Positions 13,801 to 26,775 of a DNA stretch of 64,000 nt are shown here, in pieces. This DNA comes from Lama glama (taxonomy: Eukaryota), in assembly GCA_028534125.1 (NCBI GenBank), contig CM052816.1, positions 25,608,001 to 25,672,000 of the forward strand, read 5' to 3'. The notes under the pieces were generated by a model. That model saw only the letters and a program-made list of their open reading frames with translations, was not told where the DNA came from and did no database searches. The position numbers and the translations under genes were made by a program. Within the stretch, counting starts at the first letter, position 1; each line of letters begins with the position of its first letter.

Positions 13801-14939
13801 TGACAAAATCTAATAGCACCACCCAGGTTGTCCAATGTGAACAACCTGCTGCTTCTAGAAACCTTGTCAAAACAATTCTCTTGCTAAAAAGGAAGGGATG
13901 AAGAAAAGTTCACTGATAGAATGAGCATTCTGGAGTTTTGTTTTAAATTAGATTTTAATGATATATTATTGATGTATATCTGCATTTAAGTTCCAATGCT
14001 CTGCCAGCAAATTTTATGCCAGCATCAACATGGAGACCCACTTTGGGGCATGTATGTTAATTTCTTACAGGAGAAGCTGTAAATTTGCCAAGTAACTTCT
14101 CTCTTTATTTGTAAATAACCAGCTTTAGTATGTTGCCTACAAGATTGCAGATTATCATGAAAAAGAATTTAGATTTTGGGGGGGATCTACATTTTAATAC
14201 TAGGTGCTGGTAAATAACAGAAATGGATTAATTAGCTGCCTACATAGGCAACTCTGAACTAAAAGTAGATTGGTAAACTATGTTCTTAGAGAAGAAAATC
14301 CTGTAAATCAAATATGATTGTTTCATAGGATTATTTAATGTTATATCCCCATCAAGACCTTGATGACAAACTTTTTAGAAAAAGGGAGGGGCCATAAATG
14401 CCATATTTAATTAATGGTAAATAATTTGTTACATTCCACATAGTATAATCAGGTTCATAAAATGGCCAATCCTATGTATTTTATTAATGATGTCTTAGAA
14501 CAGGAACTGCATCTGAGTCCAACAGTTAGAGGTCCCAGAGAGATTAAGGCCAGGCAAGTGCAGAAGGAGAAAAGGAGGGAGGGATGATTTTACATGCCAG
14601 GGCACAAGAGGAGAGGCAGACTGAGAAATGTAATTTGTGACCTCCCTCCTTTTAGGTCCACAAGTAATAACATAGGGTACTCTAGGCAAAGAACTTTGGG
14701 TAGGAATTGCTGCAAGTCAAAGTATATCGTGGTTATGCACATTAGACTTTCAAAATGTAGAGACGATGAAAGCAACATATGAATGATATGTACCAAAGCA
14801 CTTACTCTACTTTTAGATGCTATTAAAATTATGAAGGTTTCTTGATGAGATTTTTGGTCCCAATAACATGGAAGAGAAAGCATTGAATTAGTATGTAAGT
14901 TGAGTTGTTACGCACATACTTACGTACGTACATGACATA

Positions 14940-15760
14940 GGAGAAGAAAACCTTTTTCTCTCCCCTTTAAGGCTAGGCCTGAAAATTAAACTGACAAAGA
15001 CAGATTAACAGGAGGAAAGCATACAATTTATTTAATATAAGTTTTACATGACACAGGAGCCTTTATAAGGAAATGAAGACCTAAAGAAACAGTTAAGCCT
15101 AAGTGGCTTTGTTGTTCTTCTTCTTTTTAATAGAAAAAAAATCTCCTATTTGGGAAATGGATATGCACTTCAGGAATATCAGAGGTAGAGCACAACAGAG
15201 AAAGATCGGGCGTCACGAATTGTAAGTTTTCATTTTAACATTGTGATGCCTGATAAATTGTGAAACTTTTGTCATATGCATTTATTTTTCTCAGCTATAT
15301 CTTTGGGAAATTCAAGGATCAGAGGTTATGGTCGATGAACATAGATAAGAAAATATTTTTAAATAATTCTAAGGGGAAAATCTAGATTTTGTTCACCTCT
15401 CTATTATGTGATGAAGCAAAAGCCTAAGTGTTTTTACACTAGCTTTGATGAAGAGTCAGAAATTGTGGGAAAATGTAATAGGAAAATGTATATGAGTTAA
15501 GGGTAGTAAACTAGGGGAAACTTAACAAGGACTGTTTATCTGGATTCCTTCTGGTGTCCTGCCATCTTCAGAGGTAAGGATGCTCCTTTCTTCCAGATAT
15601 AAGGGGGAGTACATAACCTGTCACAAGAGTGTCCTATGACCTGCCTCAGGGGAAAAGGCGGGGGTCAGAGAGTTCTTCCTGTATCTGCTATTTCTCAGCT
15701 TCCTTTGGTTTAAAATTGCCAAGATGGCATATTTTGGGGTAATGTGTTCTGAACACTGAC
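14940..15760 (-). mobile_element. ERV1 solo LTR (MER-class) carrying an internal ~310-bp insertion
   Basis: cctgaaaattaaactgacaaagacagattaacaggaggaaagcatacaatttatt ... gccaagatggcatattttggggtaatgtgttctgaacactgaca; LTR sequence resumes after 15435. Confidence 0.75.
15111..15419 (-). mobile_element. Orphan retroposed insert with target-site duplication
   Basis: aagcctaagtg repeated at 15095-15105 and 15420-15430. The insert starts with a degenerate T-rich tract (minus-strand ATTAAAAAGAAGAAGAACAACAAA), and the right copy is followed by ttttt/ac, resembling an L1 endonuclease site. Confidence 0.75.
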
Positions 15761-16559
15761 AGTGTGCGTATATCTATATATATCACACACAAATACATAC
15801 AGGCACACTTAAAGCTTCTAATTTGTCTCTAAAGAGTGAAAAAGAGATGTGGATGCAGTCAGAGTATATGGTAGGCTCTTATCTTTTCGGAACATTATCT
15901 GATTTATATACTGATGAACCTTTGGTTTGGCTGTGTAATTCTGAGGAGTTGCCATTAGGATTATAATTTTTATGGGTCGATGCATAATTTATTTGTCTTT
16001 AAATATAGTGTTAGCACTTCCAGGTTGACTTTCGTTTCTCCAAAATTTATGTGTAAACTCTAAGCACACACCCATTACCCACCTACTTTTGGAGTCTTTT
16101 AAAAATTAAAAGAGAAAGGGAACGCAGCCTAATCGTTTTGTTTATCTAGTAGAGAAACATTTCTAATATTCAAAGTAGAAATTCTATGAGAGAAGAAAAC
16201 TTACTTTGGATTTCCATCTCTAATATCAAACCTGTGACGTTAAACTTAATTTCCACTCAATTACAGGTGAACTCTTGTCTTCCCTCTTTGGCTCTCACTT
16301 GGGGGCAGGGCAGCACATGGCCTTGTAAATGGGGGCAGTGGTCATTGCCCTCTGACAAGAGCAGCCACAGGTGGTTCTTCTTTCACAACTCACTGTGTCC
16401 CCTGCCCTCCCAGTCACAGATCCCAGAACCGTGATCTGGGCCTGAACCAAAGCAGCTATCCTCACGTGTCCACCAGGTTCCATGTCGGACCAACTCATGA
16501 ACCCTAGCTAGTAGATAAGGACATAGGAGCAAGCAGAGATAGGCGATCGAAATGCTTGT

Positions 16560-16765
16560 CCCTGTTTTTCATGCTTTAAACATATTATTTCCAGTCCTCA
16601 CAAAACCCTGCATAGCAAATATAATTATCTCCATTTGACAAATTGAAAAACTGATAAGTAGAAAAATTTAAGTAATCTTCCCACCATCATATAGCTAGGG
16701 AGTGGCTGAGCATTGAATCCCATCAGTGTTGTCTGACTCCAGTTAGTTATTTTAGCCATGCTATC
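16560..16765 (-). mobile_element. MIR SINE
   Basis: agtcctcacaaaaccctgcatagcaaatataattatctccatttgacaaattgaaaaactga...catatagctagggagtggctgagc...gtctgactccag. Confidence 0.7.
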
Positions 16766-18089
16766 AAAGATTATTAGTTATAAGTGGATTGTTATCTGTA
16801 AGTGGGAAGAGTCCAAGAGGTCTCCGTTCAGTTGCTCGAACGGAAAACTCTTGAGATTCTCAAGAATCAAGGATTGTGTCTTACTTATCTCTACATCCTT
16901 CAGAGAGACTACCTCAGTATTAGCATAAGAGATGTTCAAGTAATAATAATTGAATGGATCGTGCGTCCAGTGGAATTTTTTTCGGGTTGTTTTAGTTAGA
17001 AACGACAGTAAAATAGTAAGTTTGTGTGAATATAAGACACACGTTTGAAATTTTTGACTATGCTAAAGATTGTAGGATGACATAACACAGAAACCATTAG
17101 CTGCTATATTCATTAACTGTCCCCTAATTTTTCGCTATTAAGAGATAAGTAAGTCCATGGGCCAACTGTACTCTTAAAATGGCTTTGACCTTGGTTGCAT
17201 CTCTGAATCTCAATTTGGAAGTAAAATTTTAAGATTGTAGACAACATCTGGGAGAGAAAAAAGATCTTATCATATGTCTGATCACGTAAAACCCAAATAT
17301 CAGCGTAAGGAATCTGTAAATGAGACATCAAAGTCAGTGGATATGCTAATGAATGCTTCACATGCTTGCCAAAATGAAACAAAATCTAATAATAAGAAAA
17401 TTGGATGTGATACACTACTATTTGCAAAGCATTTTCCTGAGTTTCTCAAACTGAGGTACTTGTCCTTGATAGCAGAAATCAAAGATAAACATGGTTAATG
17501 TCAAAGTGGGTAAAATATTTTTATATTAAAGCAAACAGATCTATTATAGATGAAGAAGGCAAAATAGGTATTCATTTTTAAGATATGAAAGAGGAGACCC
17601 CAATAAAGTTTTTCTCTAATGTGTACTTGTGGGTTTCCCCCAACTTCTCCCCAATCTGCCATGAAAGATAGTGATGAAAATATTTGAGAAAAACTACTGT
17701 ATATTATTGCCTTTGTCTTCAGGAGAGCCCTGTGATGTATTTGCAATCATGCCTAATTTACAGGTAAAGAAGCACTGAGAAGTTAACTTGCTCAATTGTG
17801 AAAAGGAAAGGTTTTTAAGAACATTCCCATTTCCAGAGAGACTCCCTCCTATCTCTTACAAGTGCCAGCTATTCAGAGCACACCATTAACATCCTGTGTC
17901 AGATTTAGTAGTGCTCTGGGAAAAATGCATATGAATGTGGATTGCTGTTTACCAAGTATATAAAACAGATACATATTTATATTCACTCTCAACCTACTTT
18001 CTATTAACCAACTCTGCTACTAATTGCCATTCTCCCCTCTCTATATAAAATATGTCGTATTTACTTTCTGTGAAGTGTGATGAAAATCT

Positions 18090-18280
18090 ACAATAGCGGT
18101 TCTCAAAGAGAGGTCTCTTGACCAGCAATATAAGCATCACTTGGAAACTTGTTAGAAATGCCAGTTGGGAGACCCCATCTCAGATCTGCTGAGTCCAAAA
18201 CCCTGCAGGTGGAGCTCAGCAATCTGTGTTTTAACAAACCGTCCAGGGGATTCAGATGCCAGCATTTGAGAACCACTCAT
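18090..18280 (+). mobile_element. MER5A hAT-Charlie MITE
   Basis: Inverted ends gcggttctcaaa ... tttgagaaccact, with internal catcacttggaaacttgttagaaatgc and gcaatctgtgttttaacaaacc. Confidence 0.85.
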
Positions 18281-19356
18281 CTAGAATGATTCTACCTGCA
18301 CACTGCTTCTCAGTTGACTGTAAACTGTTACTTCCCTTGAAAGAAGCCAAAACTGGAAACTGTAGACCATGCATTATGAGTATGTGCAAGGAAAAACCAT
18401 GCAGAATTTCCCAGTCAGTGGAAACATCCTATCCCTCTGTACAAAGATTGCTAGATAGATGTCTAAAGTATGTATGTTTCATTTTTGATGTATTCCTTCC
18501 CTGGCAACTTTTTGATTAACTGCCCGACTGTCAGGGCTGGTCCCAAGCGTGTTCCAGCTCCCTTTATAAGAAAGTTGAGATAGATGATAGACAGATGTAG
18601 ATAGGTGAGAGATAGATAGATAAACTTGATATATATGAATGAGATAAGAATATAAGCCTATCTCTGAAAATCCCTCAAGGGACACAGAGAGGGCATTAGC
18701 TTTTTTAAATGCCTACATTTGAAGTACATTTGGGGAAGTGAAATAAAGGAACGTGATGCTAAGAACTAAGAAAGAACAAGCCCTCAATTCAGAGGCCTTG
18801 GACCACAGACAATGTAGGAGAGCTGCCATATGAGCTGTGTGGAGAGAGAGAGGACCCTCATCTAAAGAGAAGTCACAGCACCTAGATCTTTTAGACCGGT
18901 CTGTGGGCTAGTAATATCTCAAATCAGGGCTAGACCTAATTGAATAAAGAAAAGCTTTGCCTAGACCACCCCAGGTAAAAACTACTCTGTGGATACTTCC
19001 ACCCCAGGGTACTTTAGGAATTGTCCATACTGGCTTGGACCAGGACTGCCAGCCATGGAGGAAAACACTGTAACCCCCAGTGTGTCCCTTCAAGACTCTC
19101 ACCAGTTCCCTCCCTGCTCTTTACCTGCAAGATAAGCGAAGGAGATAATAGTAGTATTGCCCCTGAGAGAAATCTCTCTGCTTCTCTTACTGTCCCTCTC
19201 CCACCCAATCTGATCCTTACCTGCCTGTCAGGTCAAGACGATCTACTGTGGAGGAAATCTGAGCTCTCTGACTGGTGCATTGAAGTGATCTTCCACAGCA
19301 AGTGAGTATGCAGCCTAGCAATTCAGAATTCAGTCTCTTCTCAGGTGGACTTATAT

Positions 19357-19530
19357 TCTTTTTTTTTTTTTTGTAGTTTTTTTTTAGCACCTTTATTGTG
19401 ATATGGTTCCTGTACACTAAACTACACATCTTGCAAATGTACAATTTGATGAATTTTGATACATGTATACACCAATGAAACTACTACCACAATCAAGAGA
19501 ACTAGAATTTCCATTACTCCCCAAGAGGTT
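19357..19530 (-). mobile_element. Older L1M (L1MB/MC-type) 3' end with poly(T)
   Basis: T tract, then ctttattgtgatatgg...aaatgtacaatttgatgaattttgatacatgtatacacc...accacaatcaaga. Confidence 0.65.
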
Positions 19531-19534
19531 CAAT

Positions 19535-20457
19535 TGTCTGTGAATCTGTCTGTTTTGTAGATAAGTTCATTTGTCTTTTTTTTTTTTTTTAGATTCTGCA
19601 TATAAGCAATATCATATGGCATTTTTTTTTCTCTTTCTGGCTTACTTCACTTAGAATGACAATCTCCAGATACATTCATGTTGCTGCAAATGGCATTATT
19701 TTTTCCTTTATTATGGCTGAAGAGTATTCCATTGTATATATATACCACATCTTCTTTATCCAGTCACCTGTCGATTGACATTTGGGTTGTTTCCATGTCT
19801 TAGCTATTGTAAACAGTGCTGCTGTGAACATTGGGGTACATGTATCTTTTTGAATTTTAATTTCCTCTGGATATATGCCCAGGAGTGGGATTGCTGGATC
19901 ATATGGTAAATCTGTTTTTAGTTTTTTAAGGAACTTCCAAACTGCCCTCCAGAGTGGCTGCACCAATTTACATTCCCACCAACAGTGTAGGATGGTTCCT
20001 TTTTCTCTACACTCTCTCCATCATTTATCATTTATAGATTTTTTTAATGATGGCCACTCTAACTGGTATGAAGTGATACCTCATTGTAGTTTTGATTTGC
20101 ATTTCTCTAACAAATAGTGATGTTGAGCAACTTTTCATGTGCTTATTTGCCATCTGTATGTCTTCTTTGAAGAGATGTCTGTTTAGGTCTTCCGCCCATT
20201 TTTTGATTGGATTGCTTGTTTTTTTTGTTTTGTTTTATATATTAAGCTGTATGAGCTGTTTGTATATTTTGGAAATTAGTCCCTTGTTGGTCACATCATT
20301 TGCAAATATTTTCTCCCATTCTGTAGGTTGTCTTTTCATTTTGATGACGGTATCTTTAGCTGTGCCAAAGCTTTTAAGTTTACTTAGATCCCATTTGTTT
20401 ATTTTTGCTTTTACTTCCATTACTCCAGGAGCTGGTTCAAAAAAAATATTGCTATGA
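19535..20457 (-). mobile_element. L1 LINE, ORF2 C-terminal region plus part of the 3' UTR (relatively young)
   Basis: Minus ORFs 20235..20420 ([15 protein letters not shown]...[13 protein letters not shown]) and 19676..19966 ([14 protein letters not shown]...CTPMFTAALFTIAKTWKQPKC...WIKKMWYIYTMEYSSAI) are L1 ORF2p C-terminus. Confidence 0.95.
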
Positions 20458-21284
20458 TAGTTTAAAATATAGTGAAGTCAACAGAACTAATGAAGAACAG
20501 TAAGAACTTCTCTTCAAGTGACGCAGAATCTCTCTACAATGCTAAATCCAGAAAGAAGATTTGCACTAAGGATTCTAGGGGAGGGGAGTAGGGCAGGAGA
20601 GAGAAAGTAATATTGCCAAATGGCTAGTAGTTAAAAGCTCTCTGCCTTTGGGCTTTTTTATTTTTTTTAATCTTAACCACATTCCCTTCAAAAGAACTAT
20701 ATGTGATTACACATTATTGCCTCAAAGATACCCTAACATTATTTAATAGTTAGTTTTAGAGCAATGCAAGAGAAAATTGTTTCCGTTAGTACTGAGTGAT
20801 AGCTCAACAGTATCTGACTGGGCTTTAGGGAGCAGAGCCTTCTGATTACCCAGGTGTCAGACTCTCCCTCTCAAGTCTGGTTTTCTGTGCTGCTTTTGCA
20901 TTTTCCTTGGCACCTTATTAGAGGCAGAAAAATAATCTGAATATGAATTTGAGGTGTGAAAATTATATCCTCTAGGATCTAATTTGGTTTAAATTGGGCA
21001 GTTGATCACCGATCTGGGATTCGATAATTTTCCTTTTCCCAGACTCCGTGCACATTTAGAGGGGTGGAAAGGGAGCATCAGTATCGTCTTGTTGATTTTG
21101 ACTTAGCTTTGCCTCGTGAGTGGATATGAAGCTATATTTCTTGACCGAGAATGACCCCAAGAGAAATGCATTGCTGTGAAGGTTATGGCAAGGAAGACAA
21201 CATGAAAGGGTCTAAGAAGCAAGATAAAAGTTTTATGAGGAAAGTCATATGCTGCATTTGTGTTATCAAATCTCAAAATTCAAT

Positions 21285-21810
21285 ACCCAAAAGAATTGAA
21301 AGCACAGACTCCGATCTTTGTACACTCACGTTCACAGCAGCAGTAGTCATAATAACCAAACGGTGGATACAGCCCAGATGTTCAGCAGATGAATGGATAA
21401 ACAAAATACAGTATATACATACAGTGGAATATTATTCGGCCTTGAAAAGGAATGGTATTCTGATGTTAAAAACAGAGGTAAGCCTTAAACATGTTATGGT
21501 TATGGTAAGTAAAATAACCCAGTTGCAGAAGGACCAGTGTGGTATGGTTCCACTTATATGAGGTACCTAGGGTGGTCAGAGTCAGACAGAGAAGGTAGAA
21601 TAGTGGGGATAGGGAGGAATGGGGAGTAACTATTTCATGGGTCCAGAGTTTTAATTTGGAATGAGGGAAAGGCTCTGAAATGGACAGTGCTGAGGGTTGC
21701 ACAACATTGTGAATATACTTAATGCTACTGAATTCTCCACCTAAAAATGGATAATGTGGTAAATTTTATGTTATGCATATTTTAACACAATTGAAAAATG
21801 AAGAAAAAAA
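21285..21810 (+). mobile_element. L1MB-type 3' end fragment
   Basis: ORF 21151..21561 contains degenerate ORF2 end (DEWINKIQYIHTVEYYSALKRNGIL), followed by L1M 3' UTR ending ggtaaattttatgttatgcatattttaacacaattgaaaaa. Confidence 0.85.
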
Positions 21811-22899
21811 AATCTTGCGATTCGTGAATGTCCACACAATGGGTTCCTGGCACATGTCAGAGGTCTGTGATATTATTGCTCTTAAATGGAAAAATAACAA
21901 AATGGATAATCTAACAGGCATATACAAAGTCCTTCGAGAAAATTTTATTTAATCTCACTTTTACCAATCATCAACTAATTAAGAATGTTAACTACAAGAG
22001 TCTGAAACCTGAAAAAGCATTAAATAAATATTATGGAATAAAGTTGTTCTAAACTCACAATAAGTGGTAGGGATGTTTATTAGCCGACTGTGTGTTTGGA
22101 TGGATATTGAAGTTTTTAAAAACTTTTCATCTCTCGAATAAATTTCAGAAGAGGTGTCAGGAAAGAGAGCAAAAACTAGACAAAAGAGAAGAGACAAGAA
22201 GCCCATCTGATGACCAGCTCTGTAGGGGAGTAAGAAGAGATAAGTGAGAATAGCAGTGGAGAGGTCTGAGATGGCAAGTGCTTGCAAAGCTAAAAATAGA
22301 GAATTTAATCTGGGATGGAAGAAACTGTGAAACCTGACGGGGACTGGTGATGTCTCATTCTGTAACGGTCTAACTTTGCTCTCAGTATCAATGAGGAATG
22401 TTATTGATGGTAATGGGGAGGAAAATTGGGGATTGGGTGCCAAAGAAAAAAGTATTTCGGCTGAGTGTCTTTGATGTGCTCATCGGAGGAAGGGGGAGGA
22501 CCGGAAGAGTGGTGAACAAGTGCCGGCAAGAGCTGCGGCAGGAAGCAGCCCACGTGGGGCAAAGGTTTGGGCAGGTTTCTAAGCAGAGAAAGAAACCATT
22601 TCTGGTGCTGATGCAGCGCACAACGCAGCAGGACTTGGCCACAAGAGCCAGGTAGGAAAAGATGGAAGGAGAGATAATTGAAAGATAAGAATGAAGCTTG
22701 AATCTGGTAGCCAGAAGGAAAAGGTGTTCCCTCAGATGTAAGGAAGAGGTGGGAAAGGAGCAGATGCTGACAAGAAAAGCAAAATTATTAAGTTAGTATG
22801 GAATGCTTAATTTAGCAGTATGTTCAATATAATGACTTAACATCTCTCTCAATTCTCATAGTGTAAACAGCAAGCACAAGGAAACAAGTTTAAAAGGAA

Positions 22900-25300
22900 C
22901 TCCCAAAATCTCACATAGGAAAATCCCTCCATGTAACCGCACACACCAACACATTTATGCTATATGTTAAGATTTTGTTTTCTAAAGCCTTGGAGGATTT
23001 GATGGAGATCTTCACTTAAAACTTGAACCTCATGTGAAGTTCCCTCACATATATACCCTGGTGTAGAAAAGCATCGCGTCCTGCAGAGTTCCGAAAGAAT
23101 GAATGATGCGTATACACGTCTATGCTCTTGTGTTACTCACCGTGATAAAAATAGTGTTTAGTGTGCTTCAATCCCACAGATAAATAATGCGTTTATCCGT
23201 TGCATTACACCAAATAAATCAATGAAAACAAAGGTCTTTCTGCAGAATAATTTTGTCTCAGACGCTTCACGTAGATCAGGAAATAGATTTCCTGCGTTCC
23301 TGCGTAAACAGCCCCAAGCCGGTGGTCTCTGTTTATGGTTTTGTGTAAGTTTAGAGGGGGAGAGGCTTGTTTACTAGAATAAAGTCTTTAAAAAAAAATT
23401 CTTCTCTTTCATTTAGGTTAATAACACACCACATATATTTGTCAATCAAATTGGAATTACTGTCAGCCCATAATGCATTTTAGTTTAGCCAATATCCGTC
23501 AGTCCTGATTTATTTGCTTAATACAAATCTAATTGCGTTTCAGCCTGCTCGCCTCCTCTCAGCTGTTAACCGACCAAGTACATCTTTAATTTCCAAGACC
23601 GATGGTGTGGTAGCAATGGAGGGAGAGAGATTTGCATAAGGCCCCAGAAGGGTGCCAAAACTCTTCACGCTTTAAACAACAGCCTTTATTATTCTGTAAG
23701 TGGATGTGTTGAATTTTCATGCTTTTGTTTCCAGTTCAGCCCTGACAGAAAAGAATAAAGTAGATTTTGCCAGCACCCCTGCTGTGCCCTGGGGGAGAAA
23801 TTCAATGTGCCTCATTTGTCTTAATTGGAGAACCGCCCTCAGCACCAGCTTTTTCTATGAATACATTAGCATAACCGACAGAAAATTCAAGCCCACTTTG
23901 GTAGAAGTAGTCGCTCCCCCTGCACACACACCTCCCATTTTTAGGCTAATAAAAAGTGCAAGAAGGGAGAAGTCCGTGTTTCATCTCCTGGATTTTTCAG
24001 AGTTGCCGTTGGAAAATTCTCCTTACAGGAGAGATGCATCAAACCTATTTTATCTCTGCGCTGTTATTAGAGCCGGTCGTGAAAAATGTGATAAATATCA
24101 TGGATGACAGAGAGCTGAAAGCTTCTCTTTATTCTTCATAATGTGCTAATCCTATATCCTTGTTCTTTGACTGGTTATGCTGCTTGTTCAGAGGGGAGAG
24201 TTGGTTTTACACAGAGACAAATGTGCCGCAGGTCTGAATGAAGCTGGGGGAAAAAAAAGAAAAGAAGAATTCTTACCGAGGCGAATTTATTCGTACTGAA
24301 ACAGACGCACTTATCTCAGTCAGAGCGGGATTTCCAACTCCGTGCCAATTCATTGGAGAACTATTAAATTCATCTTCACGTTTTTCATAGTACAAAGGGG
24401 TTCTGAGTCTGGACAAACAGCCTGCGCTGTGTAAATCATTTCCCTCATCCAGGCTCTTCCAGGGTCTGATTGAACTAATGGAATTTCAAGGTAGGTGTTT
24501 CAAAAGAAATATTTCGTTTCCATGTTCCCAAGACTGGTATTAATTCTTTCATCACATCTGTTCAACTCACTTGCCACTGCCAGTGAAAGAAATGGAAAAC
24601 ATGAGGAAAGATATAATTTCTTAATAAAACGTGGTGTACACATTCTCTTGGAAAGATGGCTGCCTTTCAAAAAAACAATGAATCCATATTTTGTCTTGAT
24701 TTTGCTCCAGCAGGCCTAATTTACCACATCAGTCACATGCTGCTCTCACTAAAACCCTTCCAGGGATTTTCAGTAAGGTGGGGGTTTTTGTTAAAAGCTT
24801 GTTTTGTTTTGAATTATTTGGATGCCCATTTAAAAATTAAATACCCTTTGGGTCTGGTCATTGTAGGGAAACAGAAGGCAGAATCACTTTGGAATAATAA
24901 ATGCGTGATGTAGAAGCTCCTATGGCCTAGAGACAACCAACCCGTTCTTACTTCTGGGTAAACCCTCATTGTGTCGCCAGTTGCAAGTGCTTGGTCCCTC
25001 CATCGGAAGCCCGAAGGCAGAATGAGGGATGAATCCACTCCTTCCCTCCCACTCCTGCCCCCTTCCTTTGCTTTTCTTTCACTCAGCCCCAATAAACATT
25101 CCAAAAGGCTAAGAGGAGGTGGTGAGTGTTGGAAACTAAGAATAAAATGTTTGCTTTCTTCTGTAACTGATTCTAAAAATAATCATTTGGCTTTATCTGT
25201 CCGGTGAGAGGATGTCAGCTTTTCGGTTTACTACTGGTTTCATTTACATTATAAAAATGACAAGCAGTTTACCCAGTTTAGCAGATAATCCCTGCTGCTT
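22900..25300. promoter_or_regulatory. Repeat-poor block, putative conserved non-coding enhancer cluster
   Basis: No recognisable repeats over ~2.4 kb; retained CpGs; many TAAT/TGATTTAT motifs, octamer ATTTGCAT at ~23630, forkhead-like GTAAACA at ~23304. Conservation itself cannot be seen from one sequence. Confidence 0.45.
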
Positions 25301-26775
25301 TCTAAACAAACATTCCAGCCACTGTGAGAGCTGTAACTAGAATCCTTCTCCCCACAACCCCCCCTTACCCCCCCAACTTGCCTTGAAGTCTGGTCTGGGG
25401 TCTGAACTCACCTCACTCACCTGGCTCAGCCTTTTCTGCGCAGCAGTATGAAAGAGGGTCCTCTGAACGCTCTCTCCATCCAGACTCTTCATTTCTTTAA
25501 AAAAAAAAAACTCATCTTCCAGGAAACTTGTATTTACCACTGTTCCTAACAGCTTTTAAAAATTATAAGAAAAGAGAAATAGGATTAGAGGGAGCAATGA
25601 GGACTGAATTACAAACTGTGCTCAGTAGGTTGTTGCTGTTGTTCTAAAGTATATTTTATTAAATATTTTTCTTAATGTTTGCTGTTGTGAGAATAACGTG
25701 TTCACCTGGTCAAAATGAGAAGATACTGATTATAGAAAAGAGTGAAAGCCACTCGTGTTTGGGGTTTGTTTTTTTTTTTTTTTTTTTTTTTGGTAATTGT
25801 TCCAGTTTCTGAGAAAGACCTTGCACCCTTTGTGGATATATTAAAGGAACTGGAGTTTTGAAATACACTGATATGGTACTTTCTTGTTGCTCTGCGCGCT
25901 TGCACGCGCAAACACACACACACAGGGCTGATCTGGCCCACCTCTCCTAGGTTGAGACGTGCCAGTGGGATTTAACCTTTTTAGGAAGACTAATCACTAA
26001 CTAGTTGTTAACCCGAGCAGAGTTAAGGAGGAATGCTTTATGGTAATTCATACATTATTTTTTGTGCCATCACTCTTTGTGAAAATCAATTTTCCCCACA
26101 AAAATGAAACATTTGTAGTAATGACTCTTGAAAATCAAGCATAGGTATTGGGGGGTGAGGTGGGGTGCATATTACAATTGAGGAACAGATGGAAAGGAAA
26201 TGAACTCTTTCCCTGTTCACAAAATATACATGTATCTGGAAGACCCAGAATGAAAAATCATCCTGATGATTTCACATTGCGTTGTCATGGGCCACCAGCT
26301 AAGTGGATAACTTGATGAGGAGTCGGGTCTTGACGTGGCATGTCTCAGAAGAAACTCCTGGGATTCTTCCCTGGATCAATACTTTAAAGACTGAAATTTT
26401 TAAAGTTATATAAATATTAACATGGAAAAATCTAGAATTGACTTTGGAAAGTATTCTTTTTGACTCCATGGATTTATTTAATTTACACAAGTTCCTTACG
26501 TGGTCAAAACACAACAGCCAAGCAATACAAATTAGGAGAAAACTTGTGAACAAGAATAGGAAACCAAGTAGGACTAGAGTTGAAGATAAAATATTCCTGA
26601 GTTTAAACACACAGTTCAAATAACAGTGACCTAACATTCCATGTGATAATCATTTCCGTTGCAGTTACAAAGAAAAAGGCACATAAGTGCTAATTTAACA
26701 TCAACAAATTAACAATAACATGTGCCACTTCCTGTAGTAATGGGCAAAATGAGGGGGTGAGGGGGAAACACTTAC

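Noticed and set aside
19875..20457. Plus-strand ORFs of 80 and 121 aa
   Set aside because: Antisense frames of L1 ORF2.
21988..22655. Overlapping ORFs of 151, 84 and 85 aa
   Set aside because: Purine-rich, L2-like degenerate sequence with low-complexity translations and no splice or family support.
23700..24141. 135-aa plus-strand ORF
   Set aside because: GTG start and no recognisable domain; better explained as a chance ORF within a putative non-coding element.
23141..24295. Minus-strand donors ACG|GTGAGT (~23140) and TCG|GTAAGA (~24276) as further exons
   Set aside because: The implied exons are very short or not protein-like; likely chance matches.
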